Shown here piece by piece: positions 1 to 12,087 of a stretch of DNA of 64,000 nucleotides. A program made the position numbers and the translations under genes. This stretch comes from Cyanophora paradoxa CCMP329 (taxonomy: Eukaryota > Plantae > Glaucophyta). Location of the stretch: contig QPMI01000474.1 of assembly GCA_004431415.1 (NCBI GenBank), positions 1 to 64,000 of the forward strand. Reading direction: 5' to 3'. The notes beneath the pieces were generated by a model, which saw nothing but the letters and a program-made list of their open reading frames with translations, did no database searches and had not been told where the DNA came from. Position 1 is the first letter of the stretch; every line of letters begins with the position of its first letter.

Positions 1-326
1 CGAAGCTCAAGCTTGCAATTGTCTTGATCATGAGCTTGTCCACGTCTAAATCTTAGCTTGGGCAGCGCTAGCCTGGCAGAGGCAGCTGGCCGTTACGGGG
101 GCCTGCTGGAGCATGCGCAACTAATGCCGGGGCTCGGTACCGGTCGACAGGCCGCAGGCCAAGGCGCGCGCGCCCGCCCCCGCCATTTATATTAGCTCTC
201 CCCCTCCCCATGGCCAGGGCTCGCCTACTAGGCTATAGCTAGGCATCGGACTCGCCGACCTCGACCTCGCCCGTGCCGAATTAAAGCCTGAAGACATCGG
301 TCCTCGCAGACCTCCCAGATCCGGAG

Positions 327-3300
327 ATGCATATGGCCGCGGCGCCGGCCGCGGCCGAGGGCGGGCTGGCGACGGCCGCGGAGCTCGAGGGGGACCGGGC
401 GTGCTCCCTCGCCGGCCGCTCGAGCTCCCTGCGGACCCTAGCGGCCGGGCAGGAGCACGAGCTCCCCGGCCGCAGCGTGCACGGCCACGCCCCGTCGCAC
501 AGCACGCGGGCCTCCCCGCGCCTGGGGCCCCGCGAGACGGTCCTCGCGAGCAGCTCCCGCAGCAGCCGCAGTCGCAGTGCGCGCGCGCTCCCCGGCCCCG
601 CCCCGCCAAGCGAGAGCGTAAGATCTAGAGCCCCCGGTTTCTGATTTATTTTAAATTTCGCGGTGGGCATATGCAGGCTTCGAGCAGTTGGAGCTTGCGA
701 GGGCTGCAGCTGCCCCTGCTGCAGAGAAGCTGGCGCTGGCGTGGACTCCGGAGCCGCCATCAGTCTCGGCCCGGTTCTCGGCGCGCGCGAGCACCCACCG
801 CGAATTCCGGCTGGCGCCCTCCAGCTCCCGCTCGGTGCTGGAGCCGACGACCCGCCGCCTGCCCCGCTTCCCCGCCCCCTCCGACGATCACGAGGCCGAG
901 CCGGAGCGGCGCGCCGCCGCCGACGACCCGCCTGGCACCGACATCGATCCCGCGCCGGCACGGCGCTCGTTCCGCAAAAGCGTGCGTGCCCGAAGCCGGG
1001 TTACGGAGGCCGAGCTGTTTTCTTGCTAATCTTTCGAAAATTTTGCGCCCGCAGCAGCCGAAGAAGCCGCAGAAGGGCCCGTGGCTGGCGAAGCGGGGGC
1101 CGCTGCGCCCCTTGCGCTTCTCGGACGAGGGCCTGGAGAGGGCGTACGCCGCGTACTGCACGGGCCGCCTCCTGCGGCGGGCGCGGCTGAGCCTGCTCCT
1201 CTCGACGCTGGTGCTGCTCCTCATCGTCGTCTTTCGGGCGATGGCCTCGGACTCGGGCTCGGGGACCGACACCTCCAAGACCCGCGGCCGCCTCGCCACA
1301 CGCGACTTCATCGCCCAGGCGAGGCACCCCGCCCCCGCCCAGAGCATGAAAGTGGGCCTTAAGCTTCTCGCGAGCTCGCCGAGGCGAGCTGGGGCCGGCC
1401 GTATAAGATTGGGCCTAGGTCTAGATGTAAGCTGGCCCGGAATTAAAGCTTCTCGAGTGCGCCGAGGCGGGGGGTGAATTGAAGCTGAGGCTTGGGGCGC
1501 CCGGGGCGCAGGCGGGCTTCTCGGGGCTGCAGGCGTGCGTCGGGGCCGCCTCCCTCGCCCCCTACTTCGCCGCCCGCTACCGCCGCGCCCGCCTCCTCGC
1601 CAGCCTCGTGCGCCGCCCCGGCCCGTCATGGCCATGGACCCCGCTCCGGTACTCTAAGCTGACGCCGGCGCGTCTGTCTGTCGTCCAGTGCTTCGGGAAC
1701 GTGATGGGCTGCCTCTGCCTGGACCGAGTCCTCCAGGGCAACGAGAACGCCTCCTGGTGCGCGCCCCGCCACTTCGCTGATTACAAGTCAAGGCCTAGGG
1801 GCGCGCCCCGAGCTCGAGCTCGCGCTGACTTGGGGGGGCGCCGGGCCGGCCGGCCGGCCGGGCCAGGTTCCTGATGCTGGCGCTGTTGGGGATGGCGGCC
1901 TTCATGCACGCCACCGCCTCCCACGCCGCCCTCCTCTCCCTCCTCGGCGTGCGCCAATTTATAATTGATTTCGGTGGTCTTATATATAATCACTGGCTCG
2001 AGAGTGCCTCTGACGGTCGCGGGCCGGGGCGGCAGCTCGCGCTGTTCACGGGCGTCTCGGCGGCCCAGATCGGCCGCGCCGCCGACGTGCTCGTCCTCCT
2101 CGTCACCCCGGCCTTCGGCTGTGCGCCCCGGCCCGCCCCCGCCCCGCCCGGCGGCCTTCGCTCCGCAGCGGGGCTTACAATGGCCTCGAACGGCAGCGGC
2201 GCTGCTGTACCTCTGCGCCCTCACGAACGAGATCACCGACCGGCACAACTTCTACCGCGCCTCCGTGCGCGTACCCATCCCTGCCCCGCCCCTCTCCGCC
2301 TGCACCCGCCGACCTCTGGCAGATCTGCGGGGGCGCCGGCCGCGACATAGCGGCCTCCCGCGAGCGCGCCGACGCGCTCCTCGCGGCCCTCCTCCCCGCC
2401 GAGGCGAGGCCCCACCGCCTCCCCTCCCCCGCCCCCCACACCCCCTCGCCCCCCCTCCCCCCCCCCCCTCCCCTGGCCCTGGCCCCGCCCCGGCCCCCTG
2501 GCCCCGCCCTCCCCCTCCCCCCCCTCCCCCCCCATCCATCCATCCCTCCCCCCCCTCCCCCTCCCCCCCCTGGCCCTCTAGCCCCCCTGCCCCCCCGCCG
2601 TCGAGCCTTTCGTCGTGTCCCGCGGCCGCTCACGTCCTGTCTGGCCGCTCACATCCTGTCCCGCGATCGGGCAGATCATCCGGCTGTGGAAGGCCGGCGG
2701 CACCGGGATCTCCCGCCGCTTCGACGACGCCACCGTGCGCCCGCACGCGCCGGGCCGGGCTCCCCCTCCGCCTCGGGCTCGCCCAGCCCCGGCTAACAGC
2801 TCGGCTCTGGCAGACGGTGTTCGTGGAGTTCCCGTCGATCTACGACGCGCAGGGCTGGGGCTACGGCGACCCCGCCGGGACGCAGCGCGCCGTCGAGCGG
2901 CTGAACGCGCTCCTCGCGCGCGTCGAGGAGCTCTGCCGCGCCCACGGCCTCGAGCTCGTCAAGGTGCCGGCACTGCCGGCGCCGCCCGCCCGCCTCGCCT
3001 CCTCACGGCTGAGCGGTCCGGGTCCGGGCGCAGCTGGCCGGCTCGAAGGTGCTGGTCGTGGCGGGTGTCCCGGTCGAGGACAGCGACCACGTCGCCGTGC
3101 GCCGCCCCCGCCTCCGGCGTCGGGATCGACTGCCGATCGATCCCGAACATCAATTCCCGGATTCCCGCAGTCGGCGGCGGCGTTCGCGCTGGACGTGCTG
3201 CGGCTGGGGCGCGAGGAGGGCGCCCGCGTGCGCGCCGGCCTCCAGTGCGGGCCCCTCGTCGGGGGCCTCCTCGCCGGCTCCCGCCTCCGCTACGACGTCT

Positions 3301-5655
3301 GGGTGCGAAATTCTCGAGACGCACGCGCGAAAACGGTTTCGCGCGCCACGCTCGCTGGTTTCCGAGACGCGTCGGCCCCGGCCCGCCCGAAACGCAGGGC
3401 GACTCGGTGAACGCCGCGTCGCGCTTCTGCGCCCTCTGCGGCGACGACGAGGGTCCGCTCCCCCTTAAAAGCTTGCTCCGCCGCGGCCCCGCCATCGCCG
3501 ATCGCGAACCGGGCGCGGGCGCAGTGACGGTCTCGGCGGAGTTCGCGCACCGGCTCGCGGGCACCCCCGCGGGGCTCCTCGTCCGAATCCTCCGCCGCGG
3601 CGTAGTCGACGTCAAGGGCAAGGCGCGAACCCGAATCATATATATATAATCTCTAACTAGCCGCCGAGCCAACCTAAATCAGACTATATTAGGCTACTCC
3701 GACGCTGCGGCCGCGCCCCCTGACGCGCGAGCGTGCGCATGCGCAGGGCCCGCTGGAGCTCTTCACGATCCGCGAGCTCGGTCGGAACGGCTCCGTGAGC
3801 GCGCGGCGCGGCCTGCTCACGCTGCCCGTCTCCGCCGCCGGCGCCGCCGCCCTCGAGCTCGACGACGAGCCCGAGCGCGACGCGGGGCCCGCCCCCGCCG
3901 GCGCCGGGCCCCGCCGCTCCAGGTCCAAGTCTCTGCGCGAGTCCGCCGCCGCCGCCGCCGCAGCAGCAGCAGCAGCCGCAGCCGGCAAGGCCGACGGCCT
4001 CGCGGGGTGGCTGCGCGAGGCGGCGATGCCGCTGCCGAGCCGCCGCGGGAGCGAGTACCTCGACCGCTCCTTCTCCCTGAGCGTCGCCTCCGTCGCCTCG
4101 AGCACGGGCGCCGGCGCCGGCGGGGCCCGCGGCGGCCTCGGCGCCCTCGCCGGCCCCTCGGACCTCGCGACCGCCCTCGAGCGGGCCGCCAGCGGCGAGA
4201 GCGGCGGGGGCGGGGGCGGGGGCGAGGTCGAGGAGAGCCCGGCGACTTTGCCGCTGGCCGACGAGGGGGCGGCGGGGGCCGACGAGGAGGCCCCGCCGGG
4301 GGCGCCCCGCCGCCCCCTCGGGACGGTGCTGCGCGCCCTGCGGCGGGCCTCGTTCCTCCTGGCGAAGCCCTCCGCCCTGCTGGCCGCCCACGTCCACGTG
4401 CCCCACGTGGGCCCCGGGCCCGACCCATCCCCCTCCTCCTCCGCCTCGCCGCCGCGGGCCTCGGCGTCGCGCTCGCGCTTCGCCATCTCGCGCCTCACGC
4501 TCGCCTTCGTGGACCCCTCCGTCGAGCGCGCCTTCTGGCGCCACCGGTCCGCCCCGCCTCCGCGCTGCAGTTCTCCGCGCTAAGCGTGCGGGCGCTGCAG
4601 GTACGCGGCGACGCAACCGCGGAGCGCCGCCCTCGTCCTCGTCTTCCTCCTCTACTCAGCGGCCTGGGCCGGCGTCGGCCTCCACGTCGGCCTCCCCGCC
4701 GCCGGCCCCGCCGCCTGGATCCGCTACGTCGCCCAGCCGGCCCTCTTCGCCCTCCTTATCGCCATCTTCGCCCTGCGCCTCCAGCTCCAGCGCCGCATAC
4801 CCCGCCTCGTCCGCGCCCTCAGCTTACTAGTACTCTGGCCCCGCCGACTCTGCCGCTCACCCTTTAACCTCTCAGGTCAGCGGGTTCCTCTTCCTGGTGC
4901 TGTGCGGCTTTGGCGTCAACGTGTGCCTCCTCGCCCGCGGCAAGCCCTACCGCGTGCGTCCCGGCCCGGCCCGGCCCGGCCCGCATCCATTTCGCCGCCC
5001 CGCCCCGACCGGGCGGCCTCGCACGCGCTCGCAGGTGGCGACGTTCCTCTTCGCGGACGCGCTGACGATCTCGTTCGTGGTGGCGGCGCACCCGGCGGCG
5101 CGCGTGACGACGACCGTCGCCCTCCTCCTCGCCATGCTCGCCGTCGAGCTCTTCTCCTTCCCCTTCGACTCCCTCCTGTCCGCCCGCGGGCTCTGCGCTG
5201 AAGGCAGAGTTAACGTTAACGTTGCGGCCGCTGACTTCGAGTGCGCTGGGGCCGGGGCAGGTACATCTTCTCGACGTTCCTGATCTGCGCCCTGACGCTC
5301 TACGGCAACGGCGTCGCCGTGCGGGCCGGCTACCTCCTCCACCGCACCGCCCAGGCCGCCCGCCGCACCCTCGTGCGCATGCGCCCGGACACGCCGGCCC
5401 CGCCCGCACCTCGCCAGGCCCCATTTGGGCCTGACCCATCGGCGTGCGCGCAGGTGCGGGAGAAGGCGGCGGTCGACACTCTCCTCCGCCTCTGCCTCCC
5501 CGCCGTGAGCCGCCGCGAAAATGTTTTTGCGGAGCGAGTCCCGATCGCGAGCCCGGGCGCAGGACGTGCTCCGGCAGCTGAGGCGCGCGCCGCCGCCGGC
5601 CTCGAGGGATGGGGAGGGGCAGCAGGCCCCCGGGCCCGCCGCCGGGGCGGCGGGG

Positions 5656-5686
<31 letters not shown>

Positions 5687-6869
5687 CGACGACGGCGGTG
5701 CACGCGCGGGTCGCCGTCTGCGCCGCCGACGTCGTCTCGTTCACGGAGCTCGCCAGTAGCATGGAACCCGAGGCGCGCCTCTGCTAACGTTCCAGCCTTC
5801 GGCTGCCGCGTTTCGCGTACTTCGCCTGATCATGAGCCCCGCGCGCGCGCCCCCTGGCCCGCAGGAGCTGGTGGGCACTCTGTCGGCGCTCTTCGCGGAG
5901 TTCGACCGGGCGGCGCGCGCGCGCGGGCTGGAGCCCCTCAAGACCCTCGGGGACGCCGTCCTCGCGGGGGCCTTCCCCCGCCGCCGCCGCCCCGCCGCCC
6001 CCGCCGCCTCCCGCCGGGGCTCGAGCTCGTCGGCGGCCACGCCCTCCGCGTCCAACGCGAAGGGCGCGCCGGGCCTGCCGGCCCGCCGCCGCTCCTCGGT
6101 GCACCCTCTGCCCCTCGCCGCGGGCGGGACGCGCACGCGGCCTGCGACCGCGGCGCCCGTGCACCCGAGCCGGCCGAGACGGAGGCGGCAGCAGTTGAAG
6201 AGGGGAGGAGGAGGAGGACGGGTCGGAGGAGGGGCCGAGTCGAGCGGCGAGTCGGACGCCGGCGGGGGCGAGTGGGGCGGCGAGGGCGAGGTCGAGCGGG
6301 CGCTGCAGTACGCCCTCGACTGCCGCGACATCCTCGCCTCCTTCGTCGGGCCCGCCGGCCACCGGTGCGCGCGCGCGGGCGGGGGGAGGGGGGTGAGGGG
6401 GGGGGGGGTTGGGGGGGGGGCACCGGAAGCTGAAGCTTTCGTACCCTCCCTTGGCTGCAATCTGATGCTTCCCGCAGGCTTCAGATGCGCTTCGGCGTGG
6501 CGGTGGGCCCCGCCGTCGGGGCCATCCTCGGCCGCCAGCGCTGGAGCTACGAGGTCGGCCCCTCCGGACCCTCACTCCTTCGCATCGACGCGATCCTGTC
6601 CTCCGCAGGTCTGGGGCCCGGCGGTCTCAGAGGCGCAGGAGCGGGAGGCGGCGAGCCAGCCCCAGGAGATCCTCGTGCGCCCCCGCCCGACCCGACCCGG
6701 CCCCGCGCGCCCGCCCCGCGAAATCGCACCGCGAAAAACATCGAACTCGGCGGGGCGGCGCGCGCGGGCGCAGGTGTCGCGGGAGGTGTACGAGGCGGCC
6801 CGGGGCGCCTTCGAGTTCGAGCTCCGCGACGGGCTTCCCTTCCTCCTCCGCCGCACCGGCACCTCCTAG
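327..6869 (+). CDS. Multi-exon membrane class III adenylyl cyclase (TM cluster-cyclase-TM cluster-cyclase)
   Basis: Manual splicing gives two hydrophobic blocks (~1180-2260, ~4600-5350) and two cyclase domains. Domain 1: VFVEF...GLELVK|LAGSKVLVVAG...VRAGLQCGPLVGGLLAGSRLRYDVW|GDSVNAASRF...RGVVDVKGK (~2720-3770). Domain 2: AADVVSFTELAS...|ELVGTLSALFAEFD...LKTLGDAV...MRFGVAVGPAVGAILG...|VWGPAV (~5700-6830). Stop TAG at 6869; start (327/333) uncertain. Confidence 0.88.
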
Positions 6870-7440
6870 GGCGGGGGCCCCGCTCGGCCTTTCGGGCTTT
6901 CGATATATAGTCATTCAATTTGATTTGCTGCTGCAATATTGGTTACGTATACATCGCGTGCATATATAGTTTCTCGCGATGATATAATTATACACTGGCA
7001 TCTCCAGGTCATGATATCTCCAGGTACCTTGAGCAGCTTATGAGTATGAAAGGTTTCTTGAAGAATCCTTGCCCCTGGCATAGTTGCAACTGCTGCAAGC
7101 TCAGGTAGTCAAAGTACGTTATCGACCTAGTAGTTTAGTTCTAACGTCAACAGTTCAGTAGTAACAGTGTGTTAAAACAACCTCGTAGTTTGGGTGTAAC
7201 AGTTTACTTGTGATAAATTTAAAGAGGCTCTGAGCATGATGGCAAGCAAATCAAAGAGACAGAGCCGCGTGCACGTGTGTGCATGCGCCCGGTGGACGGC
7301 CGCGATGGGAGGCGGGGGTCCGGGGGTCGTTCTATAATTAGGGGATGGGCGCCGGGCCGGCCACCTCAGAAGCTCAACTGCCTTCGAGTCGAGGTCCCCG
7401 CTACCGCTCGCTGTGGGCTGCCTAAAGCTTCCAGTCCTAG

Positions 7441-7645
7441 CTAGAAGGCGGCCTGCTCGACCTCGACGGCGGCGCCGGGGAGGGCCGCCCGCATCTCCGC
7501 CCCCAGGGCCCCGGCGTCGTCGTAGGTGCAGACGCGCAGCTCCAGCCGGGCGCCCGGGCGGCACGCCCCCCGCAGCGCCCGCAGCGCCTCCCGCTCGCCG
7601 GCGCCGTCGCAGTCGCAGCTGACGACGAGGCGGGCGAGGTGCGGC

Positions 7646-7677
<32 letters not shown>

Positions 7678-9236
7678 GAGCTCGGGCGTGAGGTGCGGGG
7701 CGAGGTGGCACTCGCGCAGGCGCGGCCCCGCCGCCTCCAGCAGCTCCACCGCCGCCCCCGGGTCCGTCGTCACCACTGCGCCCGCGCCTGAGGGGGGGAG
7801 GGGAGGGGAAACGGATGAGGGGTACAGGGGCTCGCCCCGGAGGTCGGCGGTGCGGAGGGAGGCGGAGGCGCGGAAGAGCTCGGCGGCCCCGCCGCGATCC
7901 GACTCGTCCGAATTCGAACCCGGGTCCAGCACCACCTGCGCGTTTTCGGTTCGGGGGGGGGGGTGAGGAAGCCGGGGGTACGGTGGACGGGCCTGGATGT
8001 GCTCGAGGTGGGGGAGGTCCCCGAGCGCCGCCACGTCGCGCCGGGAAGCCGCGGGCGAGATCTGGTACCCGGGTTCGATTCGGGGTGCAGCGCGCCGGTC
8101 GTGAGAAGTGGGGGCCGAGAGGGAGGGAGGGGGGGGGAGGGGGGGGGGAGAAGCGCACGAGGGGCCAGCCCTCGATGCGGCGGAGGGAGGGCAGGCGGGC
8201 CAGCGCGCGCACGGCCTCCGGGGTCAGGTAGGTCGCCAGCAGGCCGCGCCCGTCCTGCGCCTGCGGCCTCCACTTGCTGCGCGGAGTCAGCGCGTCCGAA
8301 GCTCTGGAGGGTCCGCTGGCGGGCGGGAGTGCCTGTGCTGGAAGCGGAGGAGGCGTAGGGAGGGGCCGGAGGGCCCGCCGGCGAGGGCCGCCAGGCCGCC
8401 CTCCACCTGGTCCACCACCAGCGAGAGCTCCTGCTCGGATCAGCTCAGATCAGATCAGATCAGATCGGATGGGATCGGGGCGGGGCGGGCGGGCGGGCCT
8501 CGAGGCGCGGCAGGGCGGCGAGGAGGGCGACGCCGTAGTCGGAGAGGACGCGGGCGCGCAGGCGGCGGAGGGCGGGGAGGGCGGCCAGGGCCGCCCCCGC
8601 CTCCGCGTCCGCCAGCGGGAGGTACGAGGGCAGCGACAGCGCCTCGAGGCGGGCCAGGCGGGCGAGGGGCGCCCAGCGGCTCGCCCCCGGGCCGGGCGCG
8701 GCGGCAGGGCGACGACGGGGCAGAGGGGCCCGCCGGAGTCGGCGAGGGAGAGGGCGCGCGGGCCGGGCGGCGGGAGGCGGAGAGGGCGGCGGCGACGGCG
8801 GCGCCGAGCGGGTCGGGGGGCGGCCGGGCTGCCAGTCCAGCTCGAAGCGGAGGTCCACCGAGTCGATCCCGGGCGCCGGGCACGCCTCCGCGCACGCCGC
8901 GAGGAGCCGCGCCACCGCGCCGCCCGCCCGCGCGTCCGCCCGCACCGAGACGCCGGCGCCGGCTGCGAGCCGGAGCCCGCGGTCGCGATCGGCGCCGCGC
9001 CGCACGAGGTCCGCCAGGCCGTCGACGTGCTCCGCGGCCGCCGGCCGCGACGCGACGTCGGCCTCCAGCGCCGGCCAGACGTGCGCAGCGAACGCGTCCC
9101 GCAGGCCCCGGCACGCCGCGCGCGCCCTGCACGCTTCAAAGAGGCTCAAGCCGCCGACGATGCGGACCAGCAGGTCGAGCGGCAGGTCCGCCAGGCCGGG
9201 CGCGCGCGCTGCCGGGTCGGCGCCCGCTCCCTGCAT
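7441..9236 (-). CDS. F-box protein with degenerate LRR-like C-terminus (multi-exon)
   Basis: N-terminal F-box LADLPLDLLVRIVGGLSLFEACRARAACRGLR, then LRR-like LARLEALSL, LPALRRLR, LPSLRRIE, LPHLEHI; ends EVEQAAF*. Apparent frame slips at C/G runs near 8750-8820. Confidence 0.78.
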
Positions 9237-9463
9237 TGGGCCGGCCACAACCGTCCCCGGAGACGCGCTTTGTTGGCGCTTTCACTCGCACTCAACTCGC
9301 TTGTACCCGTCACCTTTTTTCGCACTTTTCTTCGGGTTGGATTCGCCGATCGAGCCCGTCCAGCTACCGCAACCACCGATCGTGGACCATAAACACAGCA
9401 GAAAGCCTAATAGAGCAACGTACGCTTGATTTCGAGCCCCGTCACCGAGGATAGCGCGCCACG
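9237..9463. promoter_or_regulatory. Putative bidirectional promoter (F-box / exonuclease)
   Basis: 227-bp lower-GC gap between divergent ATGs; inferred from gene geometry only. Confidence 0.45.
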
Positions 9464-10818
9464 ATGAGCAGCACGCACGATCAGCGCCGCGAGCTGGAGC
9501 GCTTCATCGCGGGATCGCTCAAGGATGAATGGCAGCTGCAGAGCAGCGCCAACCGCTCCCGTGCCGCGTCGGATCGGGACGACTCACGCACGCACTCGCC
9601 CACCCACGGGCACCCGCACGGCTCCGGCCGGTTCCCCGGCACGATTGAGGTCGTCGAGGCCTACGGCCTGGACGTAAGCCGGCGATCGCCCCCGTCGCGG
9701 CGCTGGCAGCAGAGACAGCAGGGGAACTGACGCCATCCGGTCGCAGAGCCTGAACGCGTGCGCCCGGCTGAAGCGCCACATCGAGCGGGACGGCCTCAGG
9801 GCCTTCGGCCTCGACATGGAGTGGATCCCCGACCCCAAGGCACCATCCCCGCGCCCCGAAAGTCGAACCGGCCGCGGCCGCTTCGACGTTCTGACCAGCA
9901 CCGCGCGCGCGCGCAGGGCGGGCAGAGCCCGATCGCGCTGATCCAGACCTCGACGGAGGATTACTGCGTCCTCTGGCGCATCTGCTGCATGCGCACCCTC
10001 GAGGGCCGCGTCGAGCTCCCGTACCCCCTCCTGTGCGCGCTCTGAATTCAGAGTGCGCGGGATCAGATTGGATCCGACTCCCATCACGCCGCAGGAGCCT
10101 CATGCAGGACCCCACAGTCACAAAAGTCGGCTGCGGCATCCAGCAGGTACCCCCTTTCCCCTCGTCCCTCCCCCTTCCCCCCCCCCCTGATTCTGAGCTC
10201 CCGTGCGCGTACCCCAGGACGTCGCAAAGCTGCGCGCCATGTTCGGGTGGCAGTTCCACGGCCACGACCCAGCCAGCTACGTCGACGTGCGCCCCTACCC
10301 CGTACCCCCCTCCGCTTCCTCCCCGTCTATTAATAGCTCGCGGCTGTACCCAGGTGCAGGAGCTGTACGCGGAGAAGCACCCGAAGCGGGGCCGGGGCCC
10401 GGGGAACCGCGCCTCGCTCTCCGACATGAGCGACCACCTCTTGGGTACGCAGAAGCCGGCCATACCCCCCCCCCCCCCCCGGAGGATCGAATTCGAATTT
10501 GATCCGGCTCGGCGGCGGGGACCAGGCTTCAGGGTGGCGGAGCTGGGGGAGCTGATGGGGCTGGGCCCGAAGGAGGCCTGGACGGCGTTCCAGCGCTGGA
10601 CCGACCCGACCCTCACCGAGCCCCAGGCGAGCCCGAGCCCTCCTCGCCCGCGCCGGGCGAGCGCCACCGGTAGCTTAGCGTCGCTGGGCGCAGAAGTCGT
10701 ACGCTTCGACGGACGCCTGGGCCGCCCTCCAGGTGCGCGCGCGCGCTCGCGGTCCCCGCCCCTCGCCCCTCCGCTGAGAGCCTTTCGCCAGGTCTGGAAG
10801 AAGCTCAAGCAGGCGTGA
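9464..10818 (+). CDS. DEDDy 3'-5' exonuclease, WRN-exo/EXD2-like (multi-exon)
   Basis: Spliced motifs ExoI FGLDMEW, IALIQTST, DPTVTKVGCGIQQ|DVAKL (ExoII), ASLSDMSDHLLG, WTDPTLTEPQ|..YASTDAWAALQ (ExoIII); stop TGA 10818. Confidence 0.88.
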
Positions 10819-11515
10819 TGGGGAGGAGGGGGAATTCGAAGGTCGAGAGGAAGGCGCGGCGACCCTCGGGAGCACGTGTACAGGCAGCGCTAGCGCCGCA
10901 ACCGACGCGCGCAGGAGAGAGAGAGGGAGAGAGAAGAAATTAAATTCGAATTCCTTGTAGCTTTTCGAGTATGTAAGCCGTTAGGTTTTTGCTAGACGTG
11001 CGGTACGCTTCGGATTTTGGCTTTGCAATTGTTTTTGTAGCCGCGATTATTATGTGTAAATGTACAGCTAGAGGCCGCACTAGTCGCGGCCAGCGGCACC
11101 ATAATCTATGGATCTCACTTACGCGTGCGATATCGATTAGTTAGCCATGGCGCCGGCATAGAATTTTCAACTGCAGCGCTAGCTGGCATTTTGAGTTCCG
11201 ATTCGGGTTTCGTTCTTTAGTTTGAAGTACAAACGCTAGCTTTGACGTCTTCCGACAATTTCAAATACTTCATCTCATAAGAATACATACGCATGAAATA
11301 GTGATGGCGCGGACATGAATTCGAAGAGGCACGGCACAAAGCTTGAAGGAAGTTTACACGTGCACGAGCACGACAATTAAACTCGACTGAAGTTAAGAGC
11401 GCAGAATGAAGCAAAACTACTAAAATCTGGCAGACGACGAAGAAATGAAGAGGGGGAGGGAGGGGGGTGTTGAGATAGAAAGGAAGCGCCGCGTGGCAGG
11501 GCGAGCTCGAGGGGT

Positions 11516-12053
11516 CTACTTGAAATACTCGTAATCGCGCTCGAATTCGCTCGCGGAGACGGGGTACTGCGCCGCGCTTCAGGGGGCGCGGCCAGCGCCG
11601 CGGGTGCGGCCGGCGAACCTGCTCGATGATCTGGTCCGTGCCGAGCCTGTTCTGAACTACGTAGTCCCCCGCGCTGCTGCTCTTAGCGGCGAGGTCCTTT
11701 GGGGTACAGGGCGGGGCGGGGCGGCGCGCTCACTTTCCGAATGAGACCTTTCCCCTGTCGTTCTGCAGCGGAGGTGGGGCGGTCAGGTTGGGACAGGGGG
11801 TACGAGCGCGTACGCGGTCCGGGAGGGGTACGGCGCACGATAAGAAAGGGCCGAGGCATCTTTGAGGCCCAAACCTGGCGCCGGGGATCGGCGGGGCGGG
11901 GCGGAGGGTACGTGCGCCCTCCGGGCGGCGGGGGTAAGCAATACCGGCTTTATCTTCCGGTAGACGTGGGGCCTCCCGGGTACGGGCTCGTACATCTGCG
12001 GAGGAGTTCAGGGGCGGTAAGGGAGTGCGCGAAGGGAGGGAGGGAGGGGGGAG

Positions 12054-12087
<34 letters not shown>

